A DNA stretch of 45,464 nt from Gemmatimonadaceae bacterium (GTDB lineage Bacteria; Gemmatimonadota; Gemmatimonadetes; Gemmatimonadales; Gemmatimonadaceae), in assembly GCA_035572355.1 (NCBI GenBank), contig DATNAT010000329.1, positions 1 to 45,464 on the forward strand, written 5' to 3'. Shown here piece by piece: positions 24,181-33,040 of the stretch (positions are counted from its first letter, which is position 1; each line of letters opens with the position of its first letter). Position numbers and translations under genes: made by a program. The notes below the pieces were generated by a model. The model did not search any database and was not told the origin of the DNA. It worked only from the letters and a program-made list of their open reading frames with translations.

Positions 24181-25096
24181 CCGCGCAACGCCCGCTGTCG
24201 CCATCGGGTTCGCCTTGATCCTGGGCGGAGGCATGTCGCACGCCGGCCAGGCGCTCGCCCAACGCGGCGGATCGGCCGGCGCGATTCCCGGCGTGGCGTA
24301 TACGATTCACGTGGTGAGCCAGCCGCGGTCAGGGGCAGGTCTCGCGGGCGTGGCCGCCGAGGCGGCGCAGTCGTATGTCGGCCACGCCGTGTTCGCCGCG
24401 AATCGTGGGCGGCTCGACATCGTCGACGGCGCGGCGGAGCCGACGCTTGGCGTGGGCGACTACATCCTCTTCGACACGACTGCCCTCGTCGTCGTGCATC
24501 CACGGACGCGCGAGTTCACGATCGTGCGCCGCGACTCGAGTCTCACCGACCTCGATCGGCTGAACGCGCTCGGCGTGACCGTGACGCTGTCCGACGTGAA
24601 GGTCCAGCTCGACAGCCTCGGGCCGAGCGATACGATCGCCAGCTTTCCAACACTGCACTACCGAATGACGACTGCGTTCAACATGTCAGTCGAGGCGGCG
24701 ACGATGGTGCAGCGCATGGGCACCGAGGCGGTGACGGACTACTGGGTCGCCGTGGTTCCCGGCTTGCCGAACAATCCGCTGCTTCGGGCCAACGGCGTGC
24801 CCGGCGGCGCCGGCATGGCCGGTCTATTCCGGGAGCTGGAACGGCGCGTCGACTCGGCGAGTGCCCGCATGGGGAAAGCCGTGACGCTGCGCAGCAAGAC
24901 GGTGAGCCGTCTGATCGAAGGCCCCGGCTCGAGCGCGACGGTCGAGCAGACGTCGGAGGTGTCCGACGTCGTTCGTCGCCTCGTCGATGAGGATTTGCTG
25001 ATCCTGCCCGCTGATTACAAGTATCGTTCGCCTTCCGGCGCGGCAGCCGACACGTTGCTCGACGCGGGCGCGAAGTGGCGGCGCCCGCCGGCCTAG
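24167..25096 (+). CDS. Secreted hypothetical protein
   Basis: The signal peptide is MKPSDRATPAVAIGFALILGGGMSHAGQALAQ. The gene overlaps the amidohydrolase 3' end by 14 nt. I recognise no motif. Confidence 0.55.
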   Translation: MKPSDRATPAVAIGFALILGGGMSHAGQALAQRGGSAGAIPGVAYTIHVVSQPRSGAGLAGVAAEAAQSYVGHAVFAANRGRLDIVDGAAEPTLGVGDYILFDTTALVVVHPRTREFTIVRRDSSLTDLDRLNALGVTVTLSDVKVQLDSLGPSDTIASFPTLHYRMTTAFNMSVEAATMVQRMGTEAVTDYWVAVVPGLPNNPLLRANGVPGGAGMAGLFRELERRVDSASARMGKAVTLRSKTVSRLIEGPGSSATVEQTSEVSDVVRRLVDEDLLILPADYKYRSPSGAAADTLLDAGAKWRRPPA

Positions 25097-25130
25097 AGCC
25101 GATAGACGCCGCGGCTGTGCTGGACGCGGA

Positions 25131-27356
25131 TCAGTGTACGACGGCTGCGGCCTGCGACGAGCTCGTGCAAGCGGAGTGCGCGCACGAAACGTCGATCCGA
25201 TAGACGCCGGCGACAGCGATCGGACCGGCGAACGCCGCGAGCCCCTGCACGTCCGTCTCCTGAGAAATGCGACTGGTCGAGCCCGGGCCGCCGCTAATGT
25301 CGAAATCCACTTCCAGTCCCACTGCGGGCGCGCCGGCCTGGTCGAGCACCCTAGCGTAGAGCAGCGGGCTGGACGCCACGAGTCCGGCGGCGAGACTGAC
25401 CGTGTCGGATGCCGTACCGATCGACAGTTTCGCAGCGTCGAGCAACCCGAGTTTCAAGCCGGTGGCCGTCTGACTCGGGATTGGTTGACTCACAGCCTGG
25501 GCCAGCGACCCTGACGTGGCGAACAGCACCTGGTCGCCAGTGAGCAGACTGAACGTGAGATCATCGAACGTCGCGGCGCCGTTGGCGGCGTTACGAGTGA
25601 GTGTTCCGCCGAGAAAGCTCGAGAGACCGTTGGCCACCGAGATCGTGACGGGATCGGTCGACGTCGTCTGGTTGCCATAGCGGTCGACGATCATCACTGA
25701 AACCGGCGCGAGCAGCGTTGCCAGCTTGTATACGGGCTGCGACGCGAACTTGAGCGCCGTCGGTGCTCCGGCAAGGGCGCTCGCGTGGAAAGACACGGCG
25801 GACGCGCCGTTCGCAAGCGCCGCCGTCACGACCACGTCGCCGGTGTGTGTACCGAGCGTGAGCGTGTTGGACGACAGCCCGGACACATCCGTCGTCGTCT
25901 TTGCGCCGACGGTGCCATTGCTGGCGGTCCACACCACCGACGCACCCATGATCGGAGTTCCGACGGCGTCGGTGACTTTGACGACGAGCAGCGTCGTGCT
26001 GCTCGAGCCGACGCTACCCGTCAGCTTGTCACCCGACACGATGCTGAGCCGCGTCGGCGGGCCGGCGAGAGTTTGCAGCGTGAACAGCGCCGGTGCCGCG
26101 ACACCCGAAACCGATGCGCTCACCGTCTCGACCCCAGGAATCGAACCGAGCGTGTACTTCATGGTCGCGCGGCCGTCGGCATCGGTGGTCGAGGTCGAGG
26201 CGCCGAGTATCGCCACGAGAGACGATGTTTTCCAGGTCACGACGACGCCCGGCGTCGGGTTGCCGAATTGATCAGTGACGCGGGCGACGAGCGGCGCGAC
26301 GGTGGCGCGCACGGTGTCGCTCTGACCGCTTCCCGAGAGCGCGGTGATCGACGCCGGATCGCCGGCCGTAGCGGTAGCGGGAATGGCGACGCTGAATTCA
26401 CCTGTCGTCGCCAGGAAGCTCTGCGCACCGATGAGGGTGCCAAGCTTGAGCGTGGTCGATGCGCGACCGTTGGCGTCGGTGGTCGCCGTCGCCGAGCTGA
26501 CACTGCCTCCGGCGGGTGCGGCGAAGACCACGGTGACGCCAGGAACGCCAGCGCCATCGACGCTGCTCACCCGCACGACAGCCGGCGATGGAAGGAGAGC
26601 GCCGACTTTGCCGATCTGTCCGGCGCCGCTCACCAACGAGATCGAAGCGGGGGGCAGAACGATGGTCGCCGTCGCGTTGTCGGATGCGCCGGACGGCGTG
26701 GACGCCGTGATGGTGACCGTGCCGCGGCTGCCTGTTGGGTGCAAAACCCCATCGGAGGAAATGGTGGCGATGCTCGGGTCGGAGCTCGTCCAGGCGACGA
26801 GCGCGTCGGGCACCGGCGCGTTGTTGGCGTCGAAGGCCGCCGCCGTGAAGGTCTTGGTCTCGTTTCTGAGCACCGACGCGGTACGAGGCGTGATCACGAG
26901 CCGGGTCGCGCTGGCGCCTGGGCCGACGTATTCGATCGGCAGCTCGGTTGGCGCCGCCGAATGATCCCCATCGTGCGCCTGGACGCGTCCAGTACCGTGG
27001 AAGACAACGCGTCCGTTGCTGGTATAGTCGATGACGGCATCGAACGACTCACCCGGTTCATGCACATCGACCGTGAGGTCGAGTGATATGTCGTTCGACT
27101 CGGGGCTGAACGAGAGCGTGGTGTCCTTCACGCTCTCCGTTGGCGGCCGCGTGATCGTGATCCGAACATGGTCGTAGCGGATGCCGAAAATCGCGAGGTC
27201 GGCTGCGGCGGCGGACGCCGCGCGCGAAAATACCGGCGCGATCGCGATGTGTGCTCCGGCTCCCGCCCGCCTGACCGGCGCGTGCGGCGTATCGGAACAG
27301 GCGGCAAGGCCTGCTGCGATGATTACCGGCGCGATCGAACGAAGGGAGGGATGCAT
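25131..27356 (-). CDS. Large surface lipoprotein with bacterial Ig-like (Big_2 and Big_1-type) repeats
   Basis: The lipobox lies in MHPSLRSIAPVIIAAGLAACSD. A Big_2-like segment reads ITPRTASVLRNETKTFTAAAFDANN...WTSSDPSIATIS. Several units follow of the type (L/V)SG.GQ...V...L..P.V.RV.D..G.P..G..V.W.....G.........TD..GR....TLG. Confidence 0.75.
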   Translation of the reverse strand: MHPSLRSIAPVIIAAGLAACSDTPHAPVRRAGAGAHIAIAPVFSRAASAAAADLAIFGIRYDHVRITITRPPTESVKDTTLSFSPESNDISLDLTVDVHEPGESFDAVIDYTSNGRVVFHGTGRVQAHDGDHSAAPTELPIEYVGPGASATRLVITPRTASVLRNETKTFTAAAFDANNAPVPDALVAWTSSDPSIATISSDGVLHPTGSRGTVTITASTPSGASDNATATIVLPPASISLVSGAGQIGKVGALLPSPAVVRVSSVDGAGVPGVTVVFAAPAGGSVSSATATTDANGRASTTLKLGTLIGAQSFLATTGEFSVAIPATATAGDPASITALSGSGQSDTVRATVAPLVARVTDQFGNPTPGVVVTWKTSSLVAILGASTSTTDADGRATMKYTLGSIPGVETVSASVSGVAAPALFTLQTLAGPPTRLSIVSGDKLTGSVGSSSTTLLVVKVTDAVGTPIMGASVVWTASNGTVGAKTTTDVSGLSSNTLTLGTHTGDVVVTAALANGASAVSFHASALAGAPTALKFASQPVYKLATLLAPVSVMIVDRYGNQTTSTDPVTISVANGLSSFLGGTLTRNAANGAATFDDLTFSLLTGDQVLFATSGSLAQAVSQPIPSQTATGLKLGLLDAAKLSIGTASDTVSLAAGLVASSPLLYARVLDQAGAPAVGLEVDFDISGGPGSTSRISQETDVQGLAAFAGPIAVAGVYRIDVSCAHSACTSSSQAAAVVH
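25770..26651 (-). repeat. Three tandem ~95-aa Ig-like repeat units inside the lipoprotein gene (protein-level repeats)
   Basis: The three units are ISLVSGAGQIGKVG...TTDANGRASTTLKLGT, ITALSGSGQSDTVR...TTDADGRATMKYTLGS and LSIVSGDKLTGSVG...TTDVSGLSSNTLTLGT. Confidence 0.6.
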
Positions 27357-27453
27357 TGGGAGCCCGAGGTTAGGCCTGAGTATCGGCATCCCCGGTGCCA
27401 CGGTGAAACGTGGCCGGGATATGGCCTCGACGATCCCGCAAGGGTCCAAGGCA

Positions 27454-27483
27454 CCAAAGGACCGGCGCTGGCCGGTCCTTTGG
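27454..27483 (-). terminator. Intrinsic-terminator-like hairpin after the E1 dehydrogenase gene
   Basis: A perfect 13-bp stem joins CCAAAGGACCGGC and GCCGGTCCTTTGG around a 4-nt loop. It lies 35 nt past the stop at 27518. On the reverse strand it is followed by TGCCTTGG, a weak U-tract. Confidence 0.55.
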
Positions 27484-27517
27484 GGGGTCTAGGATTGCTC
27501 GACCAGCGGGAGCGGGG

Positions 27518-29626
27518 CTAGAACCGCGCGAGCTCTTCGCAGGCGCGCTTGATATCCTCAGTTTGCGGCAGTGTGGCATCCTCGAGCCGGGGGGCGTACC
27601 CGACGAATGTGTCGGTCGACCCAAGCCGCCGAACGGGCGCATCCAGCCAGGCGAAGCAGTCGTCGGCAATGCGCGCCGCGATCTCGGCGCCGTAGCCCCA
27701 GGAGATCGAATCCTCGTAGAGCACGACGACGCGGCTGGTCTTTTTCACCGACGCGTACACCGACTCCTGGTCCCAGGGCGACAGGGTGCGCAGGTCGATG
27801 ACTTCGACCGACAGCCCCGACTCGGCGAGCTGGTTGGCGGCGGTAAACGCCCGCTGCACGGTGGCGCCGTAGGTGACGACGGTGACGTCGGTGCCTTCGC
27901 GAACAGTCTTCGCTTTGCCGAACGGGATCATGAAGTTCGGCCCGGGATACGCCGCCTTGTTGTACGTCTGGCGGTAGAGGTGCTTGTGCTCGAGGAAGAT
28001 CACCGGGTCGTCGCAGCGGATCGCCGTGCGCAGCAGCCCGTTGGCGTCGAGCGCCGTGGCGGGGCAGACGACGCGCAGGCCCGGGCAGTGCGTGAACAGC
28101 GACGCCCCCGTCTGCGAATGATAGATGGCGCCGCGGATGTAGCCGCCGTACGTCGTGCGGATGACGACCGGCGCGCTGAAGTCGTTGTTCGACCGCCAGC
28201 GCATCGTCGCGAGCTCGTTGCGGATCTGCATGTAGGCCGGCCAGATGTAGTCGAAGAACTGCACTTCGACCACGGGCTTGAATCCGCGGATCGCCAGACC
28301 GATCGCGCGGCCGACGATCGTCGCCTCGGCGAGCGGCGAGTTGTAGACGCGCGCCGCGCCGAACTCCTTCTGGAGGCCGGCGGTGACGGTGAACACGCCG
28401 CCCTTGCCCTTGACCTCGTTCTTGTACTTCTCACGCGACAGGTCGGCCACGTCCTCGCCGAACATGAGGATTTTCTGATCACGCCGCATCTCGTCCTTCA
28501 TGCAGGCGTTGAGCAGGTCGACCATCGTCGTCTCGTTGCCGGAGAACTGGGGATCGTCCTCCGTGTCGAAGGCGTCGCTCGTCGGGTCGACGTCGGGCGA
28601 ATAGACGTAGTTGTAGACCGTGTCGGCGGCCGGCTGCTCCTCGGCCAGCGCAGCGTCGGTCGCCGCCTGCACCTCGGCCTCGATCTCTTCCTGAATCGCC
28701 GCGATCTGCGCCTCGGTCGCGTAGCCTTCCGCGACGAGCCATTTCGGGAACTGCATCACCGGGTCGCGCGCGGCCTCCGCCTCGCGTTCCGACTTGGGCT
28801 TGTACTTGAGCTCATCGTCGGACTGCGAGTGCGAGTACGGACGAATGACGTGGGCATGCACCAGCGCCGGCCCTTTGCGCTTGCGCGCGTGTTCGATCGC
28901 CCGTTGCAGCGCCTGATAGCTGGCCACGAGATCGCAGCCGTCCACTTCCTGAACGAACAGACCGGGGAACGACGACACGAGCTTCGAGATGCTCCCGCCC
29001 GCCGTGTTGACCTCGACCGGAACCGAGATCGCGTACCCATTGTCCTCGACGAGATAGACGATCGGCAGCTCGAGGTTGCAGGCTGAGTTGAGCGACTCCC
29101 AGAACTCGCCTTCGCTCGTCGTGCCCTCACCGGTCGAGCAGAACACCACCTCGTCCTTCTGGAAGCCGTCGGTGATGTCGAGGAGCTTGGCGCGGAGCGT
29201 CGCCTCGGCCGACCCGACGGCTTGGAGGAACTGCGTGCCGGTCGGGGACGAGGTCGACACGATGTTGAGCTTCTTGTGTCCCCAGTGGCTCGGCATCTGT
29301 CGGCCGCCGGAGTTGGGATCCTTCGCGGCCCCGACGGCTGAGAGGAGCATCTCTTCCGGCGTCATGCCGAGCTGCAGGCAGAGCGCGCGGTCGCGGTAGT
29401 AGGTGTAGAACCAGTCGTACGCCGGACGGAACAGGAGGCCCGCGGCGGTGAGCACCGCCTCGTGTCCGGCGCCCGAGATCTGGAAAAATATTTTGTTCTG
29501 TCGCTTGAGCTGGAGCTCTTTGTCGTCGAGCCGCCGCGAAAGGAGCATAGTCCGGTACGCGCCAACGAGCTGGTCGCGCGAGAGCCCGGCCGCCGTTTTC
29601 CGCTCGGCTTTGCTTGTCGTGGCCAT
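27518..29626 (-). CDS. 2-oxoacid (branched-chain type) dehydrogenase E1 component, fused alpha and beta subunits
   Basis: The alpha part carries the ThDP motif [15 protein letters not shown]...[15 protein letters not shown]. The beta part reads [15 protein letters not shown]...GEDV....GGVF.VT.GL...FG..RV.N.PLAE, followed by a transketolase-C-like end. Confidence 0.85.
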   Translation of the reverse strand: MATTSKAERKTAAGLSRDQLVGAYRTMLLSRRLDDKELQLKRQNKIFFQISGAGHEAVLTAAGLLFRPAYDWFYTYYRDRALCLQLGMTPEEMLLSAVGAAKDPNSGGRQMPSHWGHKKLNIVSTSSPTGTQFLQAVGSAEATLRAKLLDITDGFQKDEVVFCSTGEGTTSEGEFWESLNSACNLELPIVYLVEDNGYAISVPVEVNTAGGSISKLVSSFPGLFVQEVDGCDLVASYQALQRAIEHARKRKGPALVHAHVIRPYSHSQSDDELKYKPKSEREAEAARDPVMQFPKWLVAEGYATEAQIAAIQEEIEAEVQAATDAALAEEQPAADTVYNYVYSPDVDPTSDAFDTEDDPQFSGNETTMVDLLNACMKDEMRRDQKILMFGEDVADLSREKYKNEVKGKGGVFTVTAGLQKEFGAARVYNSPLAEATIVGRAIGLAIRGFKPVVEVQFFDYIWPAYMQIRNELATMRWRSNNDFSAPVVIRTTYGGYIRGAIYHSQTGASLFTHCPGLRVVCPATALDANGLLRTAIRCDDPVIFLEHKHLYRQTYNKAAYPGPNFMIPFGKAKTVREGTDVTVVTYGATVQRAFTAANQLAESGLSVEVIDLRTLSPWDQESVYASVKKTSRVVVLYEDSISWGYGAEIAARIADDCFAWLDAPVRRLGSTDTFVGYAPRLEDATLPQTEDIKRACEELARF

Positions 29627-29731
29627 GTGAGCAAGCTAATGCGGGCGCGGGGTGTCCGCTGGTGGGCGGGGGTCGGCTTTGCAACACTTTGACGCTGGCC
29701 AACTGGCACCGTCCGTGCGTTCGTGGAGGCC

Positions 29732-30448
29732 ATGGAAACCCAGCACCACTGCACCTTCTGCGATCTCATCCATGGCGCCGCCGAGGTGTCGATCTGTCAC
29801 GAGGACAGCGACGCCATCGCGTTCATGGACATCCAGCCGGTGAACAACGGACACGTGCTGGTCGTGCCCCGCGCGCACTACGAGTCGCTGCTCGACGTGC
29901 CCGAAGAGATCGGCCTGCACCTGTTCAAGGTGACGATGCGGTTGGCGAACGCGATCCGCAGAGTGACGGGATCGGACGATCTGAACATCGTCGTGAACAG
30001 CGGCGCGGCGGCAGGACAGGATGAGCCGCACTACCACGTGCACATCATCCCGCGGCGCGCCGGCGACGGCTTCGACATCCCATTGCCGTTTGGCGGGTCG
30101 CAGATGCCGGACCGGATGATGCTCGACGCCTATGCCGCCCGGATCATCGCGGCGCTCACCGATCCGATGCGCGTCGAAGCCGCAGACTCGGGTCACGGTC
30201 GTGTGCACGGGTCGGACAGCTCGAAGAAGCGAACCGAGGGACGCATCTCGCCCAAGTCGGCCGAGCCGAACCCGGAACGTTCCGTTGCGCTTCCGGTGTA
30301 TGACGAGTCAGGAAGATCGAGGCCGTCATCATCGACCCCGGCGCGAGACGAGCGATCCGAGCGCCGGTGGCGGGTTCGCGAGGGCGCGCATGGCGAATTG
30401 CTGTACGAGCCGAATGTCGACTCCACGGGAACTGACGACGCGGCGTAA
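29732..30448 (+). CDS. HIT-family (histidine triad) protein with ~100-aa low-complexity C-terminal extension
   Basis: CTFCDLIHG...AFMDIQPVNNGHVLVVPRAH...HYHVHIIPR contains the HxHxHxx triad. An upstream GTG at 29723 is an alternative start. Confidence 0.8.
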   Translation: METQHHCTFCDLIHGAAEVSICHEDSDAIAFMDIQPVNNGHVLVVPRAHYESLLDVPEEIGLHLFKVTMRLANAIRRVTGSDDLNIVVNSGAAAGQDEPHYHVHIIPRRAGDGFDIPLPFGGSQMPDRMMLDAYAARIIAALTDPMRVEAADSGHGRVHGSDSSKKRTEGRISPKSAEPNPERSVALPVYDESGRSRPSSSTPARDERSERRWRVREGAHGELLYEPNVDSTGTDDAA

Positions 30449-30500
30449 CGACGCCGCGGACGGCGCTGTCCGTCCACGCATGGGCTGGTTCATTCAAATC

Positions 30501-30539
30501 GAAACCCCGCCACGGGCATCTGTCCCGCGGCGGGGTTTC
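30501..30539 (+). terminator. Rho-independent terminator candidate after the HIT gene
   Basis: GAAACCCCGCCACGGG and CCCGCGGCGGGGTTTC pair at 15 of 16 positions around a 7-nt loop. The hairpin is followed by GCCTATTTGG. Confidence 0.65.
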
Positions 30540-30553
30540 GCCTATTTGGCGAG

Positions 30554-30982
30554 GTGACATTGTCACGACGTCGGCATGTGAATCACTCCCACCACGTCTC
30601 CCTCCCCAGGCTCCCGCGCGGGCCGCGTCCCCGGCGCCGGACGCGCGCGATCTCCGCCGGCCCGCAAAAGCGAGCGATCAAGCACGCGGCGATGCGGGAC
30701 TGCTGCCGCCGCTGCGTCTACTGCGCGGCGCCGCTCGACTTCGACTACGCGACGCTCGACCACGTGCAACCGCTGGCGCACGGCGGCGCACACGCGCCGG
30801 GCAACCTCGTGTTGGCCTGCGCGCGGTGCAACCGGCTCAAAGGGGACCTGCTGCCGACCGAGTTCTTCGCGCGATACCCGTGGGCAGGCCTCAATTTCAT
30901 CGCCTACGCGCGCGCGGTACATCGCGCGTTGAAGCGATGCGCGCGGCGGGCGGTCAGCTTGGCGTGCGCCAAGGCGGCGTAG
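30554..30982 (+). CDS. HNH endonuclease (second paralog)
   Basis: CCRRCVYCAAPLDFDYATLDHVQPLAHGGAHAPGNLVLACARCNRLKG shows the same motif architecture as the gene at 20988-21299. The start is uncertain (GTG at 30554 or GTG at 30578). Confidence 0.7.
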   Translation: MTLSRRRHVNHSHHVSLPRLPRGPRPRRRTRAISAGPQKRAIKHAAMRDCCRRCVYCAAPLDFDYATLDHVQPLAHGGAHAPGNLVLACARCNRLKGDLLPTEFFARYPWAGLNFIAYARAVHRALKRCARRAVSLACAKAA

Positions 30983-30996
30983 CCGCCCGCCTCGGC

Positions 30997-32832
30997 TCAG
31001 TAGTCTACCGGCCGCAGATACGATTCGCCGATCGCCGTCGGGCTGACCATCGCCACGGTGGGGAGCCGGCGCTTCCAATGCGTACCCGCCACGCGCTTCT
31101 TCACCAGCGCGACCTCGTCCGCGTCGAAGCCGCGCGCCACGAGCTCTCCGTCGGAGTAGCCGCTCACCAGCCAGTTGAGGATCTCGTCCGCCCGCTCATA
31201 TGAGATCCCGAAATCAGTCTCATCCGTCTGGCCGGCCACGAGGTCGGCCGTGGGAGGCTTGCTGACGATTACCTCCGGCACACCCAGGTGCTTGGCGAGC
31301 GCCCAGACCTGCGTCTTGAACAGATCGCCGAGCGGGTTGATTGGTGGAGAATCGTCGGCGTGCCAGGTGAAGTAGCCGAACAGCCGCTCTGACTTGTTTC
31401 CGGTCCCCAGCGGGATGCCGCGATGCTTCGCCGCGAGATCGAACAGCGCGATCATGCGAATGCGTGCCATGACGTTGCCGCGCCGTCCGTCGTCGGCGTC
31501 GGGCTCACTCGCCAGATAGCCGTCGACTGCCGCCGAGATGTCGAGCGTCCGCGACTGGATGCCGAGGGCATCGACGACCAACTGGGCGTGGTCGACGCTT
31601 TCCTTGCTCGACGTTCGGTAGGGCATGCGGACGCCGAGCACGTTCTTGGCGCCGAGCGCCTTGGCGGCGAGGTAGGCGGTGACGGCCGAGTCGACGCCGC
31701 CGGACACGCCGACGATGGCGCATCCGAATCCCCGCCGACGCATCTCGTCGCGAATGAAATGGACGAGCCACTGTTCGGTGAGCGCCGGGTCGATCTCGAG
31801 CGGTGCCGGTCCCACGTCGCGGGCCGGCGCGGCCTGCACGACGCGAATCTGTCCGGCGGTCGCTTCGCCGCGCGGCGGCGTGAGGCGCGCAGCGGCGGCC
31901 GCTGCGGGTGGATCGTACTCGCACACAGCCGGCGTCCGCGCCATCACCTCGTCGAGGCTGGCGCGCAGGTGTGGCACCATCGTCTCGAGATCGGCGACGA
32001 GCGGCATGTCGGCGCGCGCGCGCGTGACGTCGGCGAGATCGGCCGTCGCCGATAGGATGGCGTCGTCCCAAACCGGCGCGCGGCCGGCCACCTCACCCTT
32101 GGTGCCGGCGAGCATCGAGCCGCCTGGAAAGACCTTGCCCCCCTCGCTGCCGACGAGCGTCGTGAGCGCGACGAACACGCCGTGTTCGTCAGCGATGTCG
32201 CGGACGAGGCGGTCCCACCGGCTCACGCTTTCCGGGCCCGGGATGCCGTCCGACTTGGGGCCCGGCCCGCGCGCCGGGGGCGCGGCGCAGACGAAGATGA
32301 TCTGCGCGCCGTCGAGCGCGGCGATCGTCGCCGTCATGCTGTGCCAGGCGTCCTCGCACACCAACATCGCGGCGCGTCCCCACGACGTGTCGAAGGCGCG
32401 CACGTCGCGTCCGCGTTCGACGAAGCGCTCCTCGTCGAACAGACCATAGGTCGGCAGAAAGACCTTACGATGCACATGGCGTACGCGCGGCTCGCCCTCG
32501 CCGAGCGTGGCGTAGATCGCACTGTTGTACAGTTTATTATTCCAGATCTCGTAGAATCCCAGCGTCACGTCGAGCGGGCGCGGCGCGGAGACGGCGGCGC
32601 GGTAGACGCGGTCGAGATCGGCGGCAAGGGTGCCGGCGGTGACGGCGCTGTCGCGCACGCCGCCCTCGAGGAAATACCCGGTGAGCGCGGCTTCCGGCAG
32701 GCAGAGCACCGTCGGCCTCGGCGAGAGCCGATCGAGCTGCCCGAATACCGGACCCAGCCGCTCCAGATTTCCGGCGTAGTCCCCTTTCCGCGGCGTGATC
32801 TGCGCGAGAGCCAGGTGGACGGTAGGCGCCAT
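30997..32832 (-). CDS. nadE: Glutamine-dependent NAD+ synthetase (nitrilase-like domain plus NAD synthetase domain)
   Basis: The N-terminal CN-hydrolase part reads LALAQ...LCLPEAALTGY...MLVCEDAWH. The C-terminal PP-loop is VGVSGGVDSAVTAYLA. Confidence 0.9.
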   Translation of the reverse strand: MAPTVHLALAQITPRKGDYAGNLERLGPVFGQLDRLSPRPTVLCLPEAALTGYFLEGGVRDSAVTAGTLAADLDRVYRAAVSAPRPLDVTLGFYEIWNNKLYNSAIYATLGEGEPRVRHVHRKVFLPTYGLFDEERFVERGRDVRAFDTSWGRAAMLVCEDAWHSMTATIAALDGAQIIFVCAAPPARGPGPKSDGIPGPESVSRWDRLVRDIADEHGVFVALTTLVGSEGGKVFPGGSMLAGTKGEVAGRAPVWDDAILSATADLADVTRARADMPLVADLETMVPHLRASLDEVMARTPAVCEYDPPAAAAAARLTPPRGEATAGQIRVVQAAPARDVGPAPLEIDPALTEQWLVHFIRDEMRRRGFGCAIVGVSGGVDSAVTAYLAAKALGAKNVLGVRMPYRTSSKESVDHAQLVVDALGIQSRTLDISAAVDGYLASEPDADDGRRGNVMARIRMIALFDLAAKHRGIPLGTGNKSERLFGYFTWHADDSPPINPLGDLFKTQVWALAKHLGVPEVIVSKPPTADLVAGQTDETDFGISYERADEILNWLVSGYSDGELVARGFDADEVALVKKRVAGTHWKRRLPTVAMVSPTAIGESYLRPVDY

Positions 32833-33040
32833 GGTGGTTGAAAGCTAAGCGATCCCGGGCCCGGACGGCGCGCCGGAGTTGCGCCGCGACGCGCTGTAGC
32901 GACCTACGATGCGAGTCGTCTTTCCTGCGCCTCCCCCTTTAACCTCCTCTGCGAGCCTGCCGACCGCGGGTCGTACGTCACGGTCCCGCCCGCAACCGAC
33001 GGATATTCTTTCGGGTAGTACACGAACCACCGTTCGTCGC

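Noticed and set aside
29704-29718. A second sigma-54-like match, TGGCAC-cgtcc-GTGC, upstream of the HIT gene.
   Set aside because: The -12 element lies only 13 nt from the ATG, so the transcript would start at or after the start codon. TGGCAC is also a frequent hexamer in this composition. It is most likely chance.
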